Assembly (NCBI GenBank): GCA_963776285.1
Contig: CAVZLW010000006.1
Span: 38,188-102,187 of the forward strand
Source: an uncultured Chloroflexia bacterium
GTDB lineage: Bacteria > Chloroflexota > Limnocylindria > Limnocylindrales > CSP1-4
DNA: 64,000 nucleotides
Direction: 5' to 3'
Position numbers and translations under genes: made by a program. Shown here piece by piece: positions 56,328 to 64,000 of the stretch. Below the pieces are notes generated by a model. It was not told the origin of the DNA, did no database searches, and saw nothing but the letters and a program-made list of their open reading frames with translations. How positions within the stretch are numbered: position 1 is the first letter of the stretch; each line of letters starts with the position of its first letter.

Positions 56328-57128
56328 CTACTTCAGCAGCAGCCGCTCCAGGCGCCGCGAGGTGATCGTCAGCCCGATGAGGCCCATCGCCGCGAGGTAC
56401 CCGGCGTGGACCAGGAGGCCCGGCCCGACGACGCCCGTCGTGAGGCCACGGATGAGGGCGACGCCGTTGTAGAGCGGGGTCAGCTCGACGAGCGTGCGGA
56501 TCGGCTCAGGGTAGGTCGTGATCGGATAGAACGTGGCCGAGAAGAGGAAGAGCGGCAGGATCACGAGCTGCACCAGGTCGAAGTCCTGCCAGGTCCGCAT
56601 GAAGGTGGTTGCCGCCATCCCGGCCGCCCCGAACGCGAAGCTGACGAGGAGCGCCGCCGGGAGCGCCAGGATCGCCCAGGGCGACAGGACCATCCCGAGG
56701 GCGACCATCACCAGCAGGAACGCGGCGGCGTAGATCCCGCCCCGGATCAGGGCCCAGCCGATCTCTCCCAGGGCCACGTCCCCCACCCCGACCGGCGTCG
56801 AGAGGATGGCATCGTAGGTCTTGGCGTAGTTGAGCTTGAAGAAGACGTTGAAGGTTGAGTCGTAGATCGCGCCGTTCATCGCCGAGCTGGCGAGGAGCGC
56901 CGGCGCAACGAAGGCCGTGTACGGGATCTCCTGGCCGTTGACGGAGACGCCACCCACCAGGGCGCCGATCCCGACTCCGATCGAGAGAAGGTAGAACAGC
57001 GGCTCGAAGAAGCCGGACACGATCACCAGCCAGCCGCGCCGGTAGACGAGGAGGTTGCGCTCGATCAGGAGGCCGGCCCGCCGGCCTCCGAAGAGGACGG
57101 GCGGGGCGACGCGCGCAAGCAGCGTCAT
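56328..57128 (-). CDS. ABC-2 type exporter permease
   Basis: 266 aa with six TM helices and the ABC-2 family pattern (…RRGWLVIVSGFFEPLFYLL…). Confidence 0.8.
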   Translation of the reverse strand: MTLLARVAPPVLFGGRRAGLLIERNLLVYRRGWLVIVSGFFEPLFYLLSIGVGIGALVGGVSVNGQEIPYTAFVAPALLASSAMNGAIYDSTFNVFFKLNYAKTYDAILSTPVGVGDVALGEIGWALIRGGIYAAAFLLVMVALGMVLSPWAILALPAALLVSFAFGAAGMAATTFMRTWQDFDLVQLVILPLFLFSATFYPITTYPEPIRTLVELTPLYNGVALIRGLTTGVVGPGLLVHAGYLAAMGLIGLTITSRRLERLLLK

Positions 57129-57138
57129 CGCGCCCGCC

Positions 57139-57948
57139 TCACTTCACCAGCCGTCGCTGGAACGCGACGAAGGCCGCGGCGACGCCCGCGGCGGCCATCG
57201 TCCCCAGGTACGCCACGTGGATCGCGGTCGGCAGCGGCTCCGCGGTGCCCAGCGCCAGCGACCGGCACAGGTCCACGCCGTGCCACAGCGGCGTCAGCAC
57301 GGCGATCACCTGCAGGACCTGCGGGAGCTGGCTGATCGGGAAGAACGTGCCCGAGAAGAGGAAGAGCGGGATCACCCCGAACCGGAACAGGGCGTTGAAG
57401 CCGTTGGCGTCCTTCTGGGTGGCCGAGTAGGCGGCGATCGGGGCGGCGAAGGCGAGGCCCGTCAGGAGCGCCGCCGGGACGGCCAGGATCGACTCGGGGC
57501 CCGTCACCGCGCCGAAGAGGAGCGTCACGAGGTAGAAGACGCCAAGCACCAGGAGCAGGCGGAGGCCGATGTAGGTCAGCTTCCCGATCACGATGTCGGA
57601 CGGTCGGATGGGCGTGGCGATCATCCCGTGGAAGCTCTTGATCCAGACGATCCCGGCCATGACCGGGAAGGTCGCCTCGCCGGCAGCCGTCTGCATCGCG
57701 GTCGACGCCAGGAGCCCGGGCGCGAGGAAGGCGAGGTAGGAGACGCCGGCCAGCGCCGCGGCCGAGGCGCCCGCGGAGGACGACCCACCGCCGGCGGCCG
57801 CGTTCGCGTCGACGAGGCTCCCCAGGCCCACACCCATGGCGGTGAGGAAGAGGACCGGCGACAGGAAGGACGAGAAGAGGCTCCCGCGCCAGGCGCGGCG
57901 ATAGACGAGCAGCTCGTGCTCCAGGACCCGGACCGCCGGCGCCGTCAT
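57139..57948 (-). CDS. ABC-2 type exporter permease (second subunit)
   Basis: The ATG at 57948 gives MTAPAVRVLEHELLVYRRAWRGSLFSSF…. It is a six-TM paralog of the adjacent permease. Confidence 0.8.
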   Translation of the reverse strand: MTAPAVRVLEHELLVYRRAWRGSLFSSFLSPVLFLTAMGVGLGSLVDANAAAGGGSSSAGASAAALAGVSYLAFLAPGLLASTAMQTAAGEATFPVMAGIVWIKSFHGMIATPIRPSDIVIGKLTYIGLRLLLVLGVFYLVTLLFGAVTGPESILAVPAALLTGLAFAAPIAAYSATQKDANGFNALFRFGVIPLFLFSGTFFPISQLPQVLQVIAVLTPLWHGVDLCRSLALGTAEPLPTAIHVAYLGTMAAAGVAAAFVAFQRRLVK

Positions 57949-57958
57949 CGCGTTCCGC

Positions 57959-58897
57959 CTAGTCGACGAGGCTGCGGCCGGTGAGCCGGAGGAAGACGTC
58001 CTCGAGCGACGACCGGCGGACGAGGACCATCTCCGGCCGGAGACCCCGCTCGTGGGCCAGCTCGGACGCCGCCTCACCGTCGTCCGCATAGACGAGGACC
58101 CGGTCGGGGAGCCGCTCGACGCGATCCCCGAGGCCCTCGAGCTGGCCGTCGAGCGTGTCCTGGACCCCGATCGGGAAGCGCATCTCCAGGACCTCGCGGG
58201 TGGAGTGCTGCTCGATGAGCTGGCGCGGGCTCCCCTCGGCCACGATCCTGGCCTTGTCCATGACGACCAGGCGATCGCAGAGCTGCTCCGCCTCGTCCAT
58301 GTAGTGGGTCGTGAGGACGAGGGTCACGCCCTTCTGCTTGAGGCGGTAGAGCCGGTCCCAGAGCAGGTGCCGCGCCTGGGGGTCGAGGCCCGTCGTGGGC
58401 TCGTCGAGCAGGAGCAGGTCCGGCTCGTTGACCAGGCTCCGGGCGATCGTCAGCCGGCGCTTCATGCCGCCCGACAGCGGCTCGACCTGGTCGTTCGAGC
58501 GCTCGGCCAGCTGCACGAAGTCGAGGAGCTCGTCCACGCGCTGCCGGATGAGCGGGCGCGGGAGGCCGAAGTAGCGCCCGTAGATCGACAGGTTCTCGCG
58601 GACCGTCAGCTCCATGTCGAGGGTGTCCTGCTGCGGCACCACCCCGATCCGGGCGCGGATCCGGGGGCCGTCCGCGAGCGGGTCCATGCCGAGCACCCGG
58701 AGCGTGCCGCCGGTCACCGGCGAGACGCAGGCGATCATGCGCATCGTGCTGGTCTTGCCGGCGCCGTTCGGGCCGAGGAAGCCGAACGATTCACCGGGCG
58801 CCACGTCGAAGTCGATCGCGTCGACGGCCGTGAAGCCACCGAAACGCTTGGTAAGCCCGCGCGCATGAATGAGGGAGCTGTCGGGGAAGGCGGTCAT
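57959..58897 (-). CDS. ABC transporter ATP-binding protein
   Basis: It has Walker [10 protein letters not shown], the signature LSGGMKRRL, and Walker B LLLLDEP. Confidence 0.93.
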   Translation of the reverse strand: MTAFPDSSLIHARGLTKRFGGFTAVDAIDFDVAPGESFGFLGPNGAGKTSTMRMIACVSPVTGGTLRVLGMDPLADGPRIRARIGVVPQQDTLDMELTVRENLSIYGRYFGLPRPLIRQRVDELLDFVQLAERSNDQVEPLSGGMKRRLTIARSLVNEPDLLLLDEPTTGLDPQARHLLWDRLYRLKQKGVTLVLTTHYMDEAEQLCDRLVVMDKARIVAEGSPRQLIEQHSTREVLEMRFPIGVQDTLDGQLEGLGDRVERLPDRVLVYADDGEAASELAHERGLRPEMVLVRRSSLEDVFLRLTGRSLVD

Positions 58898-58916
58898 CGG
58901 ACGGGGAGTCTACGCC

Positions 58917-60689
58917 TCAACGCACGACGAGCGGCTGCCCCGCGTCCCACGGCGCTGGCGGGAGCCTGCCCGCGTACAGCCGCTCTGCCAGCGGATCCGT
59001 GTCCAGGACCTCCACCGCCACCCGTGGGCCGGGCGCGCCGGCGATCGGGCGGGGCGGCGTGGCCACGTACAGCAGGGTGCCGTCGGGGCTGAGGGCCACC
59101 ACGGCGAACGGCTCCGGCGCGGTCGAGTACCTGCCGCGCCAGGCGAGGTCCGCCCCGGAGACCGCCTCGATCCGGGCTCCTCGTCCGTCGGCGCCGGGTG
59201 CCAGGAGGTAGAGCCTGTCGGCTGCCGGGTCCAGGGCCATCATCGGCCGGGCGGCGGGATCCAGGTCGAGCGGGACGTTCGACGTGATCCCGGTCGATCC
59301 GGTGGACTCGAGCCTGATCGATGCGACGGCGCGCCCGGAGCCGGCCGCCGCGCGCAGGTCGATCGCCCAGAGGATGCCCGTCCACGGCGACCAGCGGTAG
59401 TAGCGGCCGCGAAGGCGGTCGATGGCCACGCCGTTCCCCGCCAGCCAGCGTGCATCGGCCCGGCTCGCCGGCGAGAACGCGATCTCATCGAGAATGGCCG
59501 CCGAGATGGGCCTGCCGGCCGGGTCATGGATGCCACCCGCGAGGGCCGGGCTGAGCGCGACCCTCCGGAACACCGGCGGCCTGCCGGGACAGACGACGAA
59601 GAGCACGTCGTTCGTCGCCCAGCCCTCTCCGAGCGCTCCGCCGCAGGCGGCCCCGCGGTCCCTCGCGATGGCGGCGGGCCCGGCAACGTTGGAGGTGACC
59701 TCGCCCGGGATGGTCGTCGCTGGCCCGATCGCGTCGCCGTCGACCGCTCCGGCGTCCACGCGCAGGACCGCCAGCCGCCGCTCCGGTGTCGTCGACGGTG
59801 CCCCGATGATGGTCACCCCGACGAGCGCTTTCGACCCGTCCGGCGAGACGCTCACGGCCAGGTCCGCCAGCGACGACGGCCGCATGTCACTCTCGACGGG
59901 CAGCGCCAGCACCTCGCGCGAGCCGGTGATCGCTGCGCCCGTGTCGCCAATGTGGAAGCGGTCGAGGCCGACGCGGTAGGTGCCGCCGTCCAGGATCGCC
60001 CAGCCCATCAGGAGGCTGTCCGGCTCGCCTCCCGGCACAGGCGCGATCGCCACGGGGTCGCCGATGACGAGGTCGCGCCGCCCGACGAGCGTCACCAGCG
60101 GATTCTCTGGCCGGACGACGTCGAGGAGGCCTGGCGACGGGTTCGCCAGCCCCCGCGCGGGCGCCGTCCGCGACCGTCCCAGCGTCACGACCCCGAGATC
60201 GTACGTCGCCAGCTTCGAGCCTGGCGGACGGGTCACGTGCCGGGTGACGCAGATGATCCGCCCACCGACCAGGACGAGCGGCCGCTCAAGCTCGCAGTCC
60301 GTCGCGGCGGCGGGGGTCCCGGTCGCGAGATCGACCCAGCGACCTCCGAGGAGGAGGAGCGGGTCGTCGGGAAGCGCCCCCGTGAGCCGCAGTCCGGGCA
60401 CCGGCGTCCCGTCGCCCGGCGAGCCGGCCGCGGACGGCGTGGTCGCCGGCCTCGCGCTCGCCCCCGGCGACGGCGTGACGCCGTCGACGCCGCCCGGTGC
60501 CGTCGCCTTCGGTCCGAGGAGGCCGGACCCAACGATCAGCAGGGCAAGACCGGCGATCGCGACGACCGGGACCCAGCGCCCGGCTCGTGCCGGTGTCCGG
60601 AGCGGCGCGGCACGCGACGATTTGCCCGGGACCCCCGCGCCGTCCGCTCGTGCCGGGGCGGGGACCTCTTCGAACGTCGGGTCGTCCAT
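58917..60689 (-). CDS. membrane-anchored hypothetical protein with large extracytoplasmic beta-rich domain
   Basis: MDDPTFEEVPAP…RWVPVVAIAGLALLIVGSGLL is an N-terminal TM anchor. It is followed by a PT linker and about 480 aa of coherent non-repetitive sequence. The start was taken at the second Met. Confidence 0.55.
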   Translation of the reverse strand: MDDPTFEEVPAPARADGAGVPGKSSRAAPLRTPARAGRWVPVVAIAGLALLIVGSGLLGPKATAPGGVDGVTPSPGASARPATTPSAAGSPGDGTPVPGLRLTGALPDDPLLLLGGRWVDLATGTPAAATDCELERPLVLVGGRIICVTRHVTRPPGSKLATYDLGVVTLGRSRTAPARGLANPSPGLLDVVRPENPLVTLVGRRDLVIGDPVAIAPVPGGEPDSLLMGWAILDGGTYRVGLDRFHIGDTGAAITGSREVLALPVESDMRPSSLADLAVSVSPDGSKALVGVTIIGAPSTTPERRLAVLRVDAGAVDGDAIGPATTIPGEVTSNVAGPAAIARDRGAACGGALGEGWATNDVLFVVCPGRPPVFRRVALSPALAGGIHDPAGRPISAAILDEIAFSPASRADARWLAGNGVAIDRLRGRYYRWSPWTGILWAIDLRAAAGSGRAVASIRLESTGSTGITSNVPLDLDPAARPMMALDPAADRLYLLAPGADGRGARIEAVSGADLAWRGRYSTAPEPFAVVALSPDGTLLYVATPPRPIAGAPGPRVAVEVLDTDPLAERLYAGRLPPAPWDAGQPLVVR

Positions 60690-60919
60690 CGGTGCACCGG
60701 CCACCATCCGCGACTTCTACACCACCCGACGCATTCGCGTTCGAGCGGGCGCCGGCGCCGGCCGCCCGGCGCGGACGGCGTGCCCGCGACGACGCGGGCA
60801 GCGCGTCGCGGACGGCGTTCTCGCGACGCGGGCGTCGCGGGGCGTGCCCCGCCGCGGTGGCCGCGCGGGCCGGCGGCGGCCGGAGGCGGGCCCGGCCGGC
60901 GCCGGGCCCGCGGTGCGCG

Positions 60920-62863
60920 CTAGACCTCCTTGAACTCGCCCTCGACGGTCTCGTCGTCGGCCGCGGGCTCGTCGCCCGGCGAACCGGGACCGGCGCCATC
61001 CGCGGACGGTTCCTCGCCCGCCGAGGCGTCGTCCGGCGAGCCGGCTGCCGCGGCAGCCGCATAGGCCGCCGTCCCGACCCGCTGGAGGACCTCGGCGAGC
61101 TCCGTCGCCCGTGTCTTGACGACGTCGACCGACTCCGTCTTGAGCGCGTTCCGAACGTCCGAGACCTTGCCTTCCACGGCGGCGCGATCCTCGGCCGACA
61201 CCTTGTCGCCGAGGTCCTTGAGGGTCCGCTCCGCCTGGAACGTCAGCGCCTCGGCCTGGTTGCGGGCCTCGACCTCCTCGCGGCGCCGGCGGTCCTCCTC
61301 GGCGTGGTCGCCCGCCTCGCGGACCATCCGGTCGACGTCCTTCTTGTCGAGCATCGAGGACGCGGTGATCGTGACCTTCTGCTCCTTCGAGGTGGCCCGG
61401 TCCCTGGCCCGCACCTCGACGATGCCGTTCGCGTCGATGTCGAAGGTGACCTCGATCTGGGGCACGCCGCGGGGCGCCGAGGGGATCCCGTCGAGGATGA
61501 ACTTGCCCAGCGTCTTGTTGTCCGCCGCGAACTCGCGCTCGCCCTGGAGAACGTGGATCTCGACCTGCGGCTGGTTGTCCGACGCGGTCGAGAAGACCTG
61601 TGACTTGCTGGTCGGGATCGTCGTGTTGCGCTCGATCAGGCGGGTCATGACTCCGCCCAGCGTCTCGATCCCGAGCGAGAGCGGCGTCACGTCGAGCAGG
61701 AGGACGTCCTTGACGTCGCCCGCCAGGACGCCGGCCTGGATCGCCGCGCCCACCGCGACGACCTCGTCGGGGTTCACACCGCGGTTGGGCTCCTTGCCGC
61801 CGAACATCGCCTTGACGGCCTCGATGACGGAGGGCATGCGCGTCATGCCGCCGACGAGGACGACCTCGTCGACGTCGGCCGCGGTGAGCCCGGAGTCCTT
61901 GAGAGCCTTCTGGACGGGTTCGGCCGTCTTCTGGATCAGGTCGCCGACGAGGTCCTCGAGCTTGGCCCGGTTGAGGGTCACGACCAGGTGCTTGGGACCC
62001 GCCGCGTCGGCGGTGATGTAGGGCAGGTTGATCTCGGTGGACATCGCCGACGAGAGCTCGATCTTCGCCTTCTCGGCGGCTTCCTTGACCCGCGAGAGCG
62101 CCTGCGGGTCGCCTCGGAGGTCGATCCCCTGGTCCTTCTTGAACTCGGCGAGAAGCCAGTCCATGACCCGGATGTCGAAGTCGTCACCACCGAGGTGCGT
62201 GTCGCCGTTGGTCGACTTGACCTCGAAGACGCCTTCGCCGAGCTCGAGGATCGAGATGTCGAAGGTCCCGCCCCCGAGGTCGTAGACGGCGATCTTCTCG
62301 TCGTGCTTCTTGTCGAGGCCGTAGGCCAGGGACGAGGCCGTGGGCTCGTTGATGATCCGCTTGACGTCGAGACCGGCGATGCGGCCGGCGTCCTTGGTCG
62401 CCTGCCGCTGGGTGTCGTCGAAATAGGCCGGGACGGTGATCACCGCCTCCGTGACCTTCTCTCCGAGGTACGCCTCGGCGTCGGCCTTCAGCTTCTGGAG
62501 GATCATCGCGGAGATCTCGGGTGGGGTGTAGCTCCTCCCCTCGCCCATGAGGACCTTGATGCCGTCGGACTTCTGGTCCTTCTCCACGGTGTACGGGACG
62601 AGGTCCTTGCTGCGCCGGACCTCCGGGTCGTCCCACCGACGACCCATGAAGCGCTTGATGGAGTAGACGGTGTTGGCCGGGTTGGTGACCGCCTGGCGCT
62701 TGGCCAGCTGGCCGACGAGACGCTCGCCGGTCTTGGTGAAGGCAACGACCGAGGGGACGGTGCGTCCGCCCTCGGCCGACGCGATGACGGTGGGCTCGCC
62801 GCCCTCCATCACGGCCACGACCGAGTTGGTCGTGCCGAGGTCGATACCGATGATCTTGCCCAT
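60920..62863 (-). CDS. dnaK: molecular chaperone DnaK (Hsp70)
   Basis: It has [22 protein letters not shown] and [10 protein letters not shown]. Confidence 0.98.
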   Translation of the reverse strand: MGKIIGIDLGTTNSVVAVMEGGEPTVIASAEGGRTVPSVVAFTKTGERLVGQLAKRQAVTNPANTVYSIKRFMGRRWDDPEVRRSKDLVPYTVEKDQKSDGIKVLMGEGRSYTPPEISAMILQKLKADAEAYLGEKVTEAVITVPAYFDDTQRQATKDAGRIAGLDVKRIINEPTASSLAYGLDKKHDEKIAVYDLGGGTFDISILELGEGVFEVKSTNGDTHLGGDDFDIRVMDWLLAEFKKDQGIDLRGDPQALSRVKEAAEKAKIELSSAMSTEINLPYITADAAGPKHLVVTLNRAKLEDLVGDLIQKTAEPVQKALKDSGLTAADVDEVVLVGGMTRMPSVIEAVKAMFGGKEPNRGVNPDEVVAVGAAIQAGVLAGDVKDVLLLDVTPLSLGIETLGGVMTRLIERNTTIPTSKSQVFSTASDNQPQVEIHVLQGEREFAADNKTLGKFILDGIPSAPRGVPQIEVTFDIDANGIVEVRARDRATSKEQKVTITASSMLDKKDVDRMVREAGDHAEEDRRRREEVEARNQAEALTFQAERTLKDLGDKVSAEDRAAVEGKVSDVRNALKTESVDVVKTRATELAEVLQRVGTAAYAAAAAAGSPDDASAGEEPSADGAGPGSPGDEPAADDETVEGEFKEV

Positions 62864-62921
62864 TGGATGCTGCAGCTCCTCGTGCGTTGGTTGGGGGTCG
62901 AGTGGTGGTGGCTGGAAGTGG

Positions 62922-63509
62922 CTAGTTCGGGAGGCCGGCGGATGCGCTGCCGTCGCTCACGGCGACCAGCGACGGGCGAAGGACCCGGTCCCGGATCCGG
63001 TATCCACGCCGGATCTCGGCGACGACCTCGTTCTCCGGCCGGCCCGTGCCGGAGACGTGGCTCAGGGCCTCGTGGATCACCGGGTCGAACGTCCGACCGA
63101 GCGCGTCGATCGGCGTCACGCCCTCGCTCTCCAGGAGCGCGCGCAGCTTCCGGTCGATCGCGGCGATCCCCTCGAGCCAGGCCGTCTCGCGGGCGTCGGG
63201 GGGCACGTGGTCGATGGCAAGGTCGAAGTCGTCCGCGAGCGCGACGACCTTCGCCAGGAGCGACTCGTTGGCGAGCCCGAGGGTCTGCTCCCGCTCCTCG
63301 GCGGTGCGACGCTTCAAGTTGGCGTAGTCGGCCTGGGCCCGCTGGGCGAGAGCGAGGTTCTCGTCGGCTCTCGCGATCGCGGCGTCGCGCTCGGCCGCGA
63401 GGGCCTCCACGTCGGCCTGGAGCTCCACCGAGCCCGCGATGGGCTCGGTGACGGGCTCCTCGGCGCGCGCCCGGCGCTGCTGCATGGGCTGGTCTGGCTT
63501 GTCCGGCAT
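62922..63509 (-). CDS. grpE: nucleotide exchange factor GrpE
   Basis: 195 aa. It has the C-terminal GrpE beta-domain (…[17 protein letters not shown]) and a coiled-coil N-terminal region. Confidence 0.9.
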   Translation of the reverse strand: MPDKPDQPMQQRRARAEEPVTEPIAGSVELQADVEALAAERDAAIARADENLALAQRAQADYANLKRRTAEEREQTLGLANESLLAKVVALADDFDLAIDHVPPDARETAWLEGIAAIDRKLRALLESEGVTPIDALGRTFDPVIHEALSHVSGTGRPENEVVAEIRRGYRIRDRVLRPSLVAVSDGSASAGLPN

Positions 63510-63525
63510 ACGGCTCCCCGCTGCT

Positions 63526-64000
63526 TCAGGCGTACAGGTGGTCGACGAGGTCGTTCATCAGGCCGGAGACGAAGCGGACCGTCCCGATCGCCTGCGCATA
63601 GCGGAGTCGCGTCGGCCCGAGCACGCCCACGACGCCGACGGCCGCGCCGGGGCGCCCGTACGGCGCGAGCACGAGGGCGACGTCCGCCATCTCCGCCGGC
63701 CGGTTCTCCCCGCCGATGAAGACACGCAGGCGCCCGGACCTGGTGACGTCCTCGAAGAGCTCGCCCAGGTAGGTGCGGTTCTCCAGAACGGCGAAGACGC
63801 GGCGCAGCTTCTCGGACGCCGCGAACTCCGGCTCCGCCATGACGTGGAGGAGGCCGTCGCTGAAGAGCTGCTCGACGGTGGCGGCATCGAACTCACGGAG
63901 GATCCGGAGCGCGCGTTCGCCGGCGCGCCTCACCAGCATGAACACCGGGTCGTCGGCCGGAGAATCCTCGAACCAGCGGAGCCTCTCGGCCAGGTCGGCC
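63526..64000 (-). CDS. hrcA: heat-inducible transcription repressor HrcA (C-terminal part; gene continues beyond window end)
   Basis: The C-terminal domain sequence …VFIGGENRPAEMADVALVLAPYGRPGAAVGVVGVLGPTRLRYAQAIGTVRFVSGLMNDLV is HrcA-like. The ORF is open to position 64000. Confidence 0.8.
   Translation of the reverse strand, partial: ADLAERLRWFEDSPADDPVFMLVRRAGERALRILREFDAATVEQLFSDGLLHVMAEPEFAASEKLRRVFAVLENRTYLGELFEDVTRSGRLRVFIGGENRPAEMADVALVLAPYGRPGAAVGVVGVLGPTRLRYAQAIGTVRFVSGLMNDLVDHLYA

Noticed and set aside
1-64000. tRNA/rRNA genes, CRISPR arrays, IS elements or prophage genes
   Set aside because: No T-loop-like GGTTCGAATCC motifs were seen in intergenic spacers. There are no regularly spaced repeats, and no transposase, integrase or phage-like ORFs.

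Overview
This is a 64-kb bacterial chromosomal window with very high GC content (about 70–75% by eye) and dense coding, mostly on the minus strand. I found no rRNA, tRNA, CRISPR, transposase or integrase. Contents, from start to end:
(i) a BtuF/FecCD-type ABC importer preceded by a probable cobalamin riboswitch, followed by three secreted or lipoprotein genes;
(ii) manC–manB co-oriented with a PT-linker membrane protein carrying a C39-like peptidase domain;
(iii) methyl-cycle and salvage genes (metK, ahcY, mtnA, apt) interleaved with a sortase-like lipoprotein, an S9 peptidase, a PotD-like binding protein and a GNAT acetyltransferase;
(iv) a ~13-kb glycerol/dihydroxyacetone supercluster, all on the minus strand: dhaM2-dhaL2, glpF, dhaK, dhaL, glpK, glpA, then SdhB-, SdhC- and SdhD-like genes, dhaM, a panE-like gene, an HPr–EI fusion, plsY and an MFS transporter. 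The GlpA flavoprotein lacks its C-terminal Fe-S domain and sits exactly where SdhA would sit in an sdhABCD operon. I propose this as a previously undescribed hybrid glycerol-3-phosphate:quinone oxidoreductase;
(v) a divergent third DhaL paralog translationally coupled (ATGA overlaps) to a cytoplasmic GAF/PAS sensor kinase and an OmpR-type regulator;
(vi) housekeeping genes in a Firmicutes-like order: mfd-pth, pgpH-ybeY, yqeY, rpsU, mtaB-prmA-dnaJ, an ABC-2 exporter, and dnaK-grpE-hrcA.
Several genes (the HPr–EI fusion, the C39-like peptidase, a lipoprotein) show apparent frameshifts at G/C homopolymers, which points to either homopolymer sequencing errors or pseudogenisation.
All calls come from reading the ORF translations and the DNA; no database searches were run.
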